Shown here: in pieces, positions 1 through 12,790 of the stretch
How positions within the stretch are numbered: position 1 is the first letter of the stretch
How the letters are laid out: every line of letters begins with the position of its first letter
Assembly (NCBI GenBank): GCA_018398765.1
Contig: JAHBMJ010000212.1
Location: 62,001-126,000 of the forward strand
Length of the DNA: 64,000 bases
Reading direction: 5' to 3'
Source of the DNA: Chromera velia
Lineage: Eukaryota
The notes under the pieces: model-generated
Databases searched by the model: none
The model's input: only the letters and a program-made list of their open reading frames with translations
What the model was told of the DNA's origin: nothing
Program-made: the position numbers and the translations under genes

Positions 1-324
1 GCAGTGGGCATTCGTTTTGTTCCTTTGGTTTTTGAGACCTACAGAAGGCCTGAGGGGGAGACAGTGAGGTTCATGAAAGAGATGGTGAGATAGGCTACAG
101 CTAGGGCTATAGAAAGGTTGGAGGAGATGAATGATGCATCAGCACGTCAGAAAATTGCTGACAAGTGGTGGAAAATGTTGTCAGTAGCGGTTCAAAAAGT
201 AGCAGCTTCTATAATTTTGGCATCTGTTCAGGCAAGCCGCGGTACACACAGTACACAGGTCATAGAGATACTGCTTGGGAGGGAGTTTTCGGCCTACGTA
301 GGTCTTGCAGAGAAGAAAGAGTAA
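1..324 (+). mobile_element. 3' fragment of a CRE/R2-type non-LTR retrotransposon (end of the restriction-like endonuclease domain), degenerate
   Basis: Frame 1 reads AVGIRFVPLVFETYRRPEGETVRFMKEMVR*...WWKMLSVAVQKVAASIIL, resembling the F.PLVFET.G / LSVAVQ..NA motifs at the end of RLE-clade ORFs. It has an in-frame stop. Confidence 0.65.
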
Positions 325-2859
325 AGGAAGAGGGGGGAGCCAGCAGGGGCGCTGGCAAGAGAATTGAAAGAAAGAGAAGGACCATTTTGATGTTTAAGAG
401 ATAGAAAAGACACAAACGGAGAGAAGAGTCTGACAACATCAGATTGAAGAAACATGACAAAGAAGCTAAAAGCCGCTAAGCATACAAAAGAATTTATGGA
501 TATAAAGAAAAGGTTTAATAAAGAAATGTTGAGGAGAAATAAATTTTTTTAACTGGTTAAGGAACCCATTGAAGAAGAAGTCGGGAAAGAAAAAAGGAAG
601 ACCACAACGCTCATCCATAGATAGGCAGAGTTGACCACGCAAACACACGGAGAATGAAAGGTATTAATTTTTGTCCACCGTGGAGTAGTATAAGCTAGGC
701 GTGGCGGCCTAGTCCGAGGGGCTTGCGCTTGCAATAGATTGGCCATAATAGACGAACAGGACCTATGCCTAGGCAAGATGCATACTGGCCCGACAAAGGA
801 CCAGAAAGACACTAAAGAGAGACTATATAGCTGCCTTCCTGCATGCATGAATGCAAGCCGGCAATACTTCAACATTTATAGCAATATATTGATCCATCTA
901 GCTGTCTGCATAAGAAGTCTTGGCTGATTCTGCCTCTTCACACAGTCATGATCGATCCACATAAGAAAGTACGATGAGCACCTGACTGAAGTTCAAATTA
1001 GAATCCTCTTTTTACTGTGGAAACAGTGCAAAATCGTCAATCTCAATCACTCCTACGGAAACGGTCTGATAATATGCTCTCGAGCCAACTGCCTCATCGC
1101 CCTTTTCTTCTCTCTTTGCCTTCTAGATCTGGTTGCGTCAACAGCACTGAGAGGTTCGGAGAGAAGAGGAAAAAATCCCTTGTCTGCACTCCAGGTTGGT
1201 TGAGTCCGAGAAGATAGACGTATACCTTCTTAACTGACTGTACTGACAATTGAAACTTTTGTACTAGAAAGTGACTTTTAATTTTCTATATATCACACTA
1301 AATTTTACAGAAAAATCTAAGTCTTTAAAGCACTTAGAATGATTCTATTTATTGTTTCTTACCTGTATGAAAGTATGAAAAACTTTTAAAGATAAGGTTT
1401 AATGGGTTTATGGTGTGTATGTTGGAAATTGTTGGACGTGAGTGAGGTGAAAGAGTTATAGTATGTTGATATGTCAGAGAGTGGTTGCAGACTCTGCAGA
1501 CATCTGACAATACGCAGTGTAATGCACAAACAAGCTAACTTTTACTTTTAATGGAATACGCCGAATCCGCACACTGATGTAAGGAGGGAGTACACAACGG
1601 GTAACCCCCATGAAAGGTAAGAATGAATGTCTGCAAACAGATCTGCTGATTTGACACCCACAGAAAGCAGTTCAACCAAACAAATGTTGAGCACTATGAC
1701 CGTACAAGAGGTAAATGCTTAGCTTCTAAAAGCCTGATCGATCCATAGCCTCTAGCCAGAGGGCCTTGCCCACGACCAGCCATCATAGCGTTCTTGTTTT
1801 TTCTGGGTGAGGCCCGGCACTGGCCACTGGGTCTTAGTCCACCCAGGAGCCCTACCTCCAAATTCTCATGCAAACAAGAGCTGCGCCTCACTCCCACAAC
1901 TTTAGATCACCCGAGATTACTAGCCGTAATGCTTCCTCATGAAACCTAAGCACCGACAAATGGTCCTCCGAGAAAGACTCAGTCTGACCTGCAGCACAGA
2001 TATGCAAAAATTTGTAAAGTGGCTCACCTTCTGGCCACCCAGAGCTGGCCCTCTCATCCAGAAAGCCTTTCCAGCTCCTCATCTAGAGCTTGTTAGAGCA
2101 TACGCATGGAAAAGATTCAATAGAAGCTTTACTGGGGCAACTTTGTAGGCCCCTTTGCGTGGAGACGGGCCGTGCCCTTCGTGATAGAAGATCAAAATTG
2201 CCCTCTCAGGGCAACCAGTAGAGTGAATGTTATAAACTCAAGAAAAAGTAAAGAAGTCAATCCTCTGGGCTTTCGATAAAGCCTACTTTCATTGCTGGAG
2301 AGCAAGTCTGTGTGATAGGAGAGAGTCTGTGTGCTTTGATCGACTTGAAACATTCGACGGAAATCCGATTTTGGGAGCTGATTTTAGATTGGCTAACCAT
2401 GTGACGGCCCCGGAAGGCAAGCTACGTGTTGCGGGCCAGGGCCCGGCCAGCTACCAAGGCCAAAAAGCACTTCCCGGCTGCACGCTGACCCATCAAAATG
2501 CCGATCTGAAAAATTCTCAGTCAGGTCTTTAGAAAGTTCTCCTCCAGTCAGAAAGTCAGGTCAACAGAATGGGCCTCTATCCACAAAATCTCGTTGTCAA
2601 GCATTCCATTGGATTGTATTAGAAGGCTTGACAACGACAAAATCGTATTCAGCTTTTTATTCTAGAACCTTATTTTTGGAGGGGTTACAGATTCCGGAGT
2701 TTTTTCCCCCTCCGGTATCTGTGTTGGCTGAACACCTCTGGTTGCTCGTGGGAGTGGTTGGCTCAGTACAAAGGAGTTGTACAACAACTAGAAGGGTTGC
2801 TGTACCAGTTTGGATCGCTCAATCAGGTCAGTTCGTTTTGTGTTGTTCCACTAGCAACA

Positions 2860-3085
2860 AGGGGGGGTGGACCCTCCCGCAGGGGTACGAAGCTGGCTAA
2901 TTTGGTATCCCTGGTGGAGGGGGGGGGTCCGACCTGCTCTGCAGGTTTGCGTCCAAAATGTGTCTAGGAGTGTTTCCTGGACACATTTTAGATGCAAACC
3001 TGTAGAGCAGGTCGGACCCCCCCCCTCCACCAGAGGTACCAAATTGGCCAGCTTCGTACCCCTGCGAGAGGGTCCACCCCCCCCT
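2860..3085. repeat. Long near-perfect palindrome (foldback, ~110-bp arms, ~5-nt loop)
   Basis: gggggggtggaccctc...aaaatgtgtctagga-gtgtt-tcctggacacatttt...gagggtccaccccccc. Arm mismatches are mostly transitions. Confidence 0.9.
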
Positions 3086-3439
3086 CCCAGTGAGAGAATT
3101 GAAAAAATCTTGTTTGCAGAGATGAGCCTTCTTGGTGCATGCAGAAGGCTTCGTACAATGTCTATAAGTGTTCCTGTGTGGCTGCAACCTGGCCATTATG
3201 GTTTCTGAATGACTGACCGGTCTGCCTTCGGCAAGGCACAAAACTGCCGTCTCCCTTTACGTGTGTTGTTCATCCCTGCCCCCCTCCTCTGCTCTTTGCA
3301 GGTCGTGGGTCTCCTCCAGGAGATGCTTGTTTTGGCTCCCAGTCCTTCCTCAACTCCTCCAGAGGTAGGTCTTTGCATTTTCATTAAGGCCGCAGTCTTC
3401 AGACTGCGAAAGGGAGCAGTGCCCCTACGTGCCGAGCCT

Positions 3440-4185
3440 GTGTTTTTTTCTACCTGCCTGACTGTCTCCGAAATTTTGCCCTTCTTGCCTGCTTGACTGC
3501 CCTCCAGTTTTCGGCCTTTCTGTCTGGCTAAATGCCTTCCCAATTTCGGCTTTTCTGCCCGCCCTATTGCCTTTCTAATTTCGGCCTTCGCCGCGCTCCC
3601 AATTTTGGTCTTCCTGCCTGCCCGATTGCCTTCCCAATTTCGGCCTTCTTGCCTGCCTGACTGCCTTTCAGAGTTTTGCATTCCTGCTATGCTGGCTGCT
3701 TTCCGATTTTGGCCTTCTTGCCTGCCTGACTGCCCTTCAAATTTCAGTCTTTCTGTCTGCCTCAATGCTTTCCAAATTTCAGCCTTTCTGTCTGCCTGAC
3801 TGACTTTGCAATTTTAGCCTTCCTGCTTGTCCGGTTGCCTTCTCAATTTCGGCTTTCTTGCGTGCCTGATTGCCTTCCCTATTTTAGCCTTCCTTCCCGC
3901 CTAAGTTTCCTCCTAACGCTTCCTAATTTCGGTCATCCTGCTTGCCCGATGGCCTTCCCAATTTTGTTCTTCCTGCTGGCCCGACTGTCTTCCCAAGTTC
4001 GGCCTTCTTGTATGTCTAACTGCCTCCCAGAGTTCGTTCTTTCTGCCCACATGCCTGCCTTCCAATTTTGGTCTTCTTGGCGGCCTGACTGCCTTCTAAT
4101 TTCAGCCTTCCTGCTCGCTTGATTGCCTTCCCGATTTCAGTCTTCCTGCCCGTCCGATTGCTTTCCCAATTTTGGTCTTCCTGCT
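3440..4185. repeat. Degenerate ~35-40 bp minisatellite
   Basis: Recurring unit resembling cttcctgcctgcccgattgccttcccaatttcggc. Confidence 0.8.
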
Positions 4186-4728
4186 TTCATGTATCATTCT
4201 AATATAAATTAAAGATACAGGTTATGTTTGCATGCATGCTTTTATATATATTCTGGCGATTCGACTGACTTTCTGTTTGTGTACACGTATTTCTACAGGT
4301 GGCGTTTACGGGTGTGCATGTTTGATATATACTGAGATGCTCTCCCCCTCCCCCCTCCCTGCCCCTGACACGCCTGCCGTTGAGCAGTGCCTCATATGAA
4401 TTGAAAACAAAACAGTTATGATCATGAGAAGAAATGCTTCAATTGGATTAATTCAGAGCCATTCAGATATATTTTTTATTATGTTTTCATCTTAGCGTTA
4501 ATTTACGATGATAGGTACCAGACAATTTATGGTTTTGAAAAAATATATACTCTATATATACATTTTTTTATTTCATTTTTTAAACATCTTACTAAGCTTA
4601 AATAGTCTTAAATAAATTATGAAAATCAATTAGTTTAAAGGTTAAACTATCTATTTTAATGTTTTAGAAACTAAATTTTTCAAAGTCACTTTCCAGTACA
4701 AAAGTTTCAATTGTCAGTACAGTCAGTT

Positions 4729-7574
4729 CAGGAGAGGTGATACGGAGGCTTCGCAGGAGGCCGAGCCCCTGGCTCTAGTTCGATCTTGAAGTCCAGGTCT
4801 CCCCTCCTAGATGGGAGCTTTGGAATCTCATCCGGAAACAACTCTATGTTCTCTTTCAAGATCTCTCTTGCTGCAGGGTGCAGGGAGGGAGATGCTATCA
4901 CTTTTTTGTATTCACAAAAGGGGGGCTTCCTTTCCTGTATCCCCTCCTTAGTTCTCGGGTCGACTTCAACTTCTCCCACCTCCTCTCTCCTTTCTCTCTC
5001 AACCTCCGTTTCTTCCTCCTCTCTCTCAATTCTTTCCAATCTGCAGAGAAAGAAAGGTGTTCCTTTTCTCATTTCTCTCGTGGCTTCTCTGACAGTCATG
5101 GGTCCATCTATTCGAGAACTCTTCTTCTCAGGAGTGGTATCGCCTCGAAAGAGGATCCTCTTTCGTTCGAAGTCGAACCACAATTTCTTCATTTTGGGAC
5201 AAAAAACGGGATCACAGTCTTCATACCACCGCATCCCAAGAAACAAATCATATTTTTTGAAATCGGTGAGCGTGAAGCTGACCTGATCCTCGTATTTATC
5301 AATCTTCAGTCAATACCCATCCGTGGGAACGTACTCGGACACCTGGTGAGACGGGTCCCCTGCAAGTGCTCCCTCGCAATCAGTCGGCCTCCCAAACCTG
5401 CGGACAGGAAGGCCATGCGAATGAGCAAAGGAAGCAGATATGTAATTCTTATCTGCTCCCGGGTCAAACAGGATCGTGACAGGTGTGTCGTTCACCGTCC
5501 CGCGAAGGCGCATCAAAACGGGTCGACGTCTGCCATCACCCGGGCATTGGGATGGACACTGTTCGCACCTGCCTGCCGGTCCTTTCTGTGCTGCCCTGCT
5601 GTTCACGGTTCTTGTCTGCTGCAGAGGAACAGAAGGAAAAGAGGTTGGTGCAGCGTATTCATTCTCGAAAGGAACGGAGGCAACTGGGTCGACTGACCAG
5701 GGAAGCTGAGTACCTGGCGGCCTTTGAGGGCCGTCACTTTCCCTCAGAGCCTCTCTCTGAAGGGGTACTACGGTTGACCTCAAGTGGTCGGTCTCATACG
5801 CTTCCCCGTCTTTGGATTCCGGCAAGCATTGGGGGAACAAGTACATACGGTTACAGTAGAGAACGTTGGGTCCTCTCCCATGGGTGATCCATGCATCGTC
5901 CTCTCTCTCCCCTGTTGCCCTTACTGGGCTCTCGCCGTGTCTTCGAGCATCCTCTCTTAAATCTGCATCCCTCTCTCTCTCCTCATCCTCGTCTCCCCAA
6001 TACTCATCCTCATACTCGTCCCCTTCAGCTTCGAGACAGGCGGGACGCACACCTGGCCATCTCCACGTAGGCCGCTGCCCCGAATTTCAGCTCTGACCAT
6101 AGGGAGGCTGGCGTCGCCCCTGCCCGTTCTATCGTTGATCGTGCCCCCCCCAATGCCTGCGAGGAGGATACTGCTGCTGCTGCTGACTCCTTTGGTTACC
6201 CCGGGGCGGAGGGACCCCATGCTGTTGGTTCTGAATCATTTGCCTCTCTCCACCCCTTCTCCAATCATTCCTCCTGCCGCCACTGGGCTGGCTGCTGCGG
6301 GGGCCCAGGCAGTCGGACTGAATGTGCCCCCTCTCTTTGCATAAGTAACAATGGCCTTCTCTTCTCAGCTGCTGCTTCTCGGCTCGAGAAAGAGCACTTA
6401 GGTCCATGGGGACTGGTTCTCCGTTCTTCTTTTGCCCCACATTTGACTGCCCATGGTTTCAATGGTTTCCTCTGTTCCCCCTCGCAACTCTCTTCTCTGC
6501 TTTCAATGCTTCTGTGATCAGCTTCGGCAATGTGTCTGGTTTGGGGTGAACCCGTCCGATCTCATTGGACACCGCTTTGGGGAGACCTGCCTTGTAGTCG
6601 TACATCAAGTCCGTCTGAGTCACGTCCGTCAACCGCGATCCCCCTGAACTCGTCCGTGTAATCCCATACCCCCTTCTTCGCACAGATCTGTCTAATCTTA
6701 GATCGGAGGGTTTCCTGGACGTTGGGGTCTGGGAAGCTGCAGTACAACGCCTCCTTCAGTCCTTCCAACGACGTGATGGGGATTCCTTCTGCCCTGGCCT
6801 CCTCTGTCAGCTTCACCTAGAGGGTCGGCGAGAGATAGGTCACTGTGATGGGGGCCTGCTCCTCTGGAGGGGTCTTCATGATGTGGTACAGGTTCTGCCA
6901 CAAGGCAATCCAAGTGTCCACATCCTCGGCCTTCTCCAAAAAGATTTCGGGCTTCTTAAGCTTCACACTGGGAGGCGGAGAGGGACGCGAAACATCGCCA
7001 GAATGGCTCTGGAAGGAAGACTAAGCAAGAGAACTCTGATGTCCTAACTGAGCTTTCAACTCAGCAATTTCCTACTGTTGGTGTTCCGCAATCACCAACA
7101 GCTGCTGTACTTGGTTCAAAAGCTGCTCAAACCGTTCTTGGAGTGCAGCCTGGGCCTGGGGGTTTCCTACCAGGTCCATCTCTTACGATCTCTCAACCTC
7201 AGTCTGTCAACATGTTGAAACACTTCAATCTGCGCTTCTGACTCCACTCAGAAGCTTCTCGGCCCTTGCCAAACGAGGCCCTGCTAGCACATGAAATGTA
7301 ATCATAGCTAGCACGAGGCTTTAAGTTAAATAACAGATTAGAAGGTCTGTTCCTAGAAGCGTTCCCTAAAAGTCCTACTTCAAAGGCCGGTTTTCCTGAT
7401 GGTCAATCTGAATGCCGTGAACACATGCCATCCTGAAGCTATATCGATTGGAGTGGCTACAGGCGCGCGCGCTTCCGCTGGGTCCTGCAAGGCGGGCTCA
7501 TGCGTTCTCTCAACGCCATCGACCGGCCTACGCCAACGCTTAGAGGCGGCGCGGCTACGAGCATTCACGTTACA
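4729..7574 (-). mobile_element. Ty3/Gypsy LTR retrotransposon remnant (5' LTR, gag, protease, start of RT; 3'-truncated, pseudogenised)
   Basis: Gag starts near the ATG at 7179 and carries a CCHC knuckle CYLCKERGHIQSDC. The aspartic protease reads ILFDPGADKNYIS. The pre-RT segment LFPDEIPKLPSRRGDLDFKIELEPGARPPAKPPYHLS is cut at 4728. Multiple stops and frameshifts. Confidence 0.9.
7292..7574 (-). repeat. Probable 5' LTR (~283 bp)
   Basis: On the minus strand it starts TGTAAC and ends TTTCA, followed by a PBS-like tgtgctagcagggcc, ~110 bp upstream of the gag ATG. No second LTR is present to confirm it. Confidence 0.5.
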
Positions 7575-8949
7575 AGGCCGGGACTTAAAGTAGAATTAAC
7601 CTTTAAGAGTCATATACGTATGAGCATGTAGGAGCATTGTAAAATCAATGTCATTGCAACCATGCAGCGAGTACATCCGATTCAGTACTCTTTTCAATTG
7701 CATGGTCCATTGATCCTCCGAGTCCCTATATGCACCAAAAAGGACTACTACTGTCAGTGATTCATTCCAACCTCCAGTTGGCTTACAGAGATCATCACCC
7801 AGATTACAGAAAGTGAACAATTCTTGATCCACTAAACCGAACTGCCTCGTGCGTTGCCACCGAATGCTAAACACCTATTCATAGGCCGATGTCGATGGCG
7901 TATGATGATGATGATGACCCTTCAATATTTCAAACCGCACTGGACTAGGCACCGGACCTTTCTCATGCATATGGTGCTTGTGCATTCATAACTGATGATT
8001 GAGGGTTTTTTCATGCATGTCGCATCCCCATATATGAGAGGCGGATCTAACCTAGTTTATTGATTTGTTCTGTCCTACGACTACTAGCGACGAAAATAGG
8101 CGTGACTTCGATCACCCTGATACAGCTGATCAATCGCGGCTTCACAACAGGTTGGACAATCAAAAGAGAGAGAAAAGAGACAGAGGCGATGCAGGGCAGA
8201 ACCTTTGAAACACTTCAGTTCTTTCATTGAAAACTTGAAGCCAAATCACACTGAGTCGAAACGACTGGCTGCATATGTTTGCAGGCAGACGGTCGCCCCA
8301 GAGGGGGAGTACTTTACTCGAATGGAATACATTGACTTTGATGGGTGCAAAATTAAGGCTCAACCTGCTTGCTTGCAACGATGCAAGCTTGCTGCACGGC
8401 TGATCGACAAGAACGATTTGATGCTGGGTATCTATCTGCCTTCAAACCCTTCCAAGTCGGTATGCCATTTTTGCTCTTTATGGAGCTGCAGTAAATCAAC
8501 CCGGGGCTTTAGTCTCCTGCATGTATCGTAGGGAGAGGAAACAGCTCAGTCAAGTGATCAGGTGAAAGAGGAACTTTGGGTGAAACGTTCAATATCCGGT
8601 GATTGCATGCCGTGTAAGGGGTTTATTCGTGCTGACATACACCTCTTCGCGCTCGTTTTTCAAAGCTAGCATTTAGATGATGAGGAGACAAGCAAGGAAA
8701 TGCCTCCATACATCCCTCATGGAGCGGAAAGGGAAAAACCAGATTCGAGTTGATTCGATTGGGACGAAGGCGTTGTGATCGATCGAAGGACAAATAGAAG
8801 AGCGAGGAAGGTCAAAGAGCTCCCTTGCATACATGCTCTATCAACCTGTCTATCTGTCTGTTTGTTTGTACGTCTCCAGCCGTCCTCCTTAATTGTCTGT
8901 CGGCCTTCTCGATCGCTCCCTCTCTTTACGCTTGTGTGTGTGTATGTGT

Positions 8950-9015
<66 letters not shown>

Positions 9016-12000
9016 ATTGCTGCTTTGGTGCTCTGAGACCGCACATCGCTGACGTAGGCAAGATAAGCCAAGCGTGCTTGATTGGTCCGGTTCTTTCCGC
9101 TAAGGCAGGCAGGCAGGAGAAGGAAGGGAATGAATGTCCGGCTGTCTGTCCATTTGTCTGTTCGTTCATTCATTCAGGCGGTACGTGAGGTCGGAGCGCT
9201 CATGGCCAGAGTCATTCTAATAGTATGAGGTGAGTTAAGTTGAATGGAATTGAGTCGGTCAGAAGGTTGCGCATCATGCAAACAAACAACCGTGCATACA
9301 TGGATGGAGTGCTGACGCAAGCTTCTGTCTTATGGATGGATGGATGGATGGATAGATGGATGGATGGGGAGATGGATCGAATGCGAAAGATGGACGGACA
9401 TTGAGTTTCTCTCTTTTAGGAGAATTAGTAGATCGCTCGCAGAGCAAAAACCCAATCGTACAAGTATTGTAGACTTGCTGCCGAACCTCCGAGAAGGTCT
9501 GAATGGACAGCACGAAGGGGTGTGAAGATTGATGGGGGGCAATATGGATGGACGGGTAGGTGGGGGGGTGGATAGGGGGATGCCTCGATGAACGTTCAGG
9601 CGTTCGGTAACTCACTTTTCATTCGATCAGCTTACTTCAGCTAACCTTCCCCACTTTCTGGTTTACTTTTTGAGACACAGGCAGGCACTTAGATCCGGTC
9701 AGACAGCTGTCGATCAATACAGAGACCTTTAATTGAATTGGTGCATTCAGTCAATGTATTTCCTTCATGCAGCCTGGCCGAAAGTCCACCCATCCAACCA
9801 AAAAGCAGAATGGGGCGATCAGCTGAGGAACCAATGAAGAAAGGGGGGGGGAGTTGGAGAAAGAGTGAGGGAGGAACAATGGTGCTTTGCCCTATTAGTT
9901 CAGCTCAATGGAAACAAACAAAGAGCATCCAATGCATATATATGTGCACACGTAGAAGCCAGCAGCAGGCAAACAAGCAGGCAAGCAGGCACACACAAAG
10001 ACTAGACTCACATGCCGTGCCGGTCGATTGAAACAAAACTCACTCATACGTCGAATCTTCCATTCGTCTATGGCTTGACTTTTTCAATCACTGAATGCAT
10101 TACTCGCTTACTCATGCATACATACGCACATGCGAAGAGCCTAGCTTAAAGTAGGGCCACCTCTTCCGGATGGAACGAGGCCAGTCCTAGGTTGGCTCTC
10201 TTCCCTCCTGAATCTCCTTTCCTTTAAAATTCTTGCAATTGATTAAAACCACGCAAAAGGAGCGCCTCTTCCCTCCCTCTCCCTCTCTCCCTCCCCCTCT
10301 CTGGTTGTATGTCTTTGTTGATCTTCTCGTGGCACTTGCTGTGTTAAATATTTCTGCAGAGCCAGCCAGCCAGCCAGCCAGCCACCTTATTTAATTGTTT
10401 TTAGACGGTGAATGAAGTACGCAATTAAAGATTAAGCATGCGCTTGTGAGGCTGTCAAGCAAGCTAATTCCGTTTGCCTACCATTCATTCATTCATCTCT
10501 CTCTCTCTCTCTCTCTCTCCAAAGGGAAGATATTAAATCAATAAATGGTCTTTCTGTCTTCCCTCCTTTCTCTGATGAGAGTGAGAATGCAAGTGCGGCC
10601 TCTCTCCTTTTGTCATCCAAATTAAAACAATCAGTGCCTAGACAGACTCTCAAGTTCTCTTCCTCGTCTGTTTCACATGATGCAGGGTGAGATTCTGTCT
10701 CGATCGATCATTGAGTGCATGTTTTCTTCATTGAGTGCATGCTTCTTTTAACTTTCTCGCTCTGTGGGAGGGTTCTCTGTCTGTCACTTCTTTCTGGTTT
10801 GTTTATGTCTTGGAAGCGTGCAGACAGACATGTATGAGAAATGTGTGACTTCAGCCCCTCCTTCCTGTGCGTCGGCATCCCCTCACTGTTCTCTCTCTTC
10901 TCCTCTCCCCTTTTCCTTCGAATTGGTGATAAAAGTACTGATGAAGGCACCCACCATCTCACATATAAACTCATAGAGAGACAAAGAAAGACGGAGAAAA
11001 ACGAACAATCAATCAAACAAACAAACAAAAAAAAAGAAAGAAAGACAGACAGAAAGACAGACAGAAAGAAAGAAAGAAAGAAAAGGAAGAAGGAAAAGGA
11101 ACACACAGAACAACATCGGAACCGAGAGAGAAGAAATGATCTTTTTTGTCTGTCTGGTTGTTACGGTCCGTCTGTCAGGGTAGTCCCTTCTGCCTCTCCC
11201 CCTCCCGGCCTTAACAGAGGTAGAGAGAGAGAGACCGCAAAGTGTATGAACATTGCAAGACCAGTTTTTTCGGGCATACATTTCAACATGCCCTTTGATT
11301 TCGTCCATTTCATCATTTTGATATAAAGAAAAAGTAATCGATCATTTATTTATTCCTCTCTTCTCCAATCCCTGCGATAAAAAACAGACTGACAGGCAGG
11401 CAGACAGACAGGCAGGCAGGCAGGCAGACAGACAGACAGATAGACAGACAGACAGACAGGCAGACAGACAGACAGACAGATAGACAGACAGACTGCAAGC
11501 CTGAGTAGGCAATGTAATTCGAACTTGCATTTCCTCTCATACAAACGTGGACGATCGAATCTGGAACACATGCAGATGGAATGTAAAATTAATTAAGTCG
11601 TCAGCAGACATTCCCTTCTGGTAATGCGAATGAAGGATTCGATCGATCTCACCTTGATGGGTGGGTGATACACGGGTGCAGGCACCACAAACGAATTGAG
11701 AAAAATTATTCCACAGAAGCTGTTAAGCATAAACCCTCCCCTCCTTGCCGATTCCAATGGTTACCAACCAACCAATCCAAACTTTGATTCTGCACATGTT
11801 GTGCTCCTCTGCATCATGCTTCTAAGTTAAGGTTGTCAAGACACTTAGTGACTTTGTAATCTAGCTTGTGATCCTTCATTTTGTTTTTACCGTCGTTTAT
11901 ATCTACAGATAGGTCTACATCTAGCTCGACATATTGATTGATATAATCGATTTAATTACTGCATGAGATTGATTAAACCGTTCCAATATCTTCTTTTGTG

Positions 12001-12790
12001 GCACTTCAAATTTTACATAATTTTTTGTTCATAATTAAATTCATAATTTTTCATCTAGTTTTTCATCTAGCTGTTCGTTGACTCAGACTCGACTGTTTGA
12101 TCCAGAGTTACAAGCTAGTGCTAGACAGTATTAACAAGTTAACTAGCGAATTAAGTACATGAGATTAATTTTTTAAAAAATGAATGATTATTCAGATTTT
12201 TAAAATATGATTTTTAACAACAAAACATCTATATAATGTTATCGTTGGGGAAGAAACATTTAAGACCTGGTTATCGTTAGTTCAGAAGTTGTAATCAGAA
12301 CTTGATTTCAATATATGAGTTTACCATGCATACCAAGCTGTATTACCTACAACTAGACTAAAATTTACTCCAAAAATGACTTGAATTAAGTGTTTTCTCT
12401 TCTATCAAAGAATTGTATCAAGTATCATATATATCTAGGTCCGACGTGAGGGCAAAAGTCCATTTATGAAGGCACAAGCCTCCCTCTCTGCCTTCTTCTC
12501 TTTCTGCATCTGTACATGCAAGATTGTCCCACTGACGGTTTCAGGCACTCCCACACACATGTTCCTCGGCAGCTGCTCTCATTTCTCCGGAGCGACGTTT
12601 CGTTTTATTTTTCATGAATGCAGGCGTCGATCCACAAACAGAAGAGCGATCGAGACCTCGTACGTATGCACACTCACATGAATTAAGCGATCGAAAAGGG
12701 GGGGGGGAAAGAAAAGAAGAAAAGAAAGGTACAATTAAGCAAAGGAATACGTAAACTCCCTAACATGCGCATCACGCATTCAATCAACCA

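Larger units (their letters stand above)
1232..4728. mobile_element. Putative non-autonomous TIR DNA element (47-bp terminal inverted repeats)
   Basis: 1232-1278 (aactgactgtactgacaattgaaacttttgtactagaaagtgacttt) is the reverse complement of 4682-4728 with 1 mismatch. The right end truncates the Gypsy pol exactly. No TSD is visible. Confidence 0.65.

Noticed and set aside
1694..2300. Short ORFs inside the TIR element as a transposase
   Set aside because: No DDE or other recognisable motif.
8160..8531. 108-aa ORF
   Set aside because: No recognisable domain or supportable exon structure.
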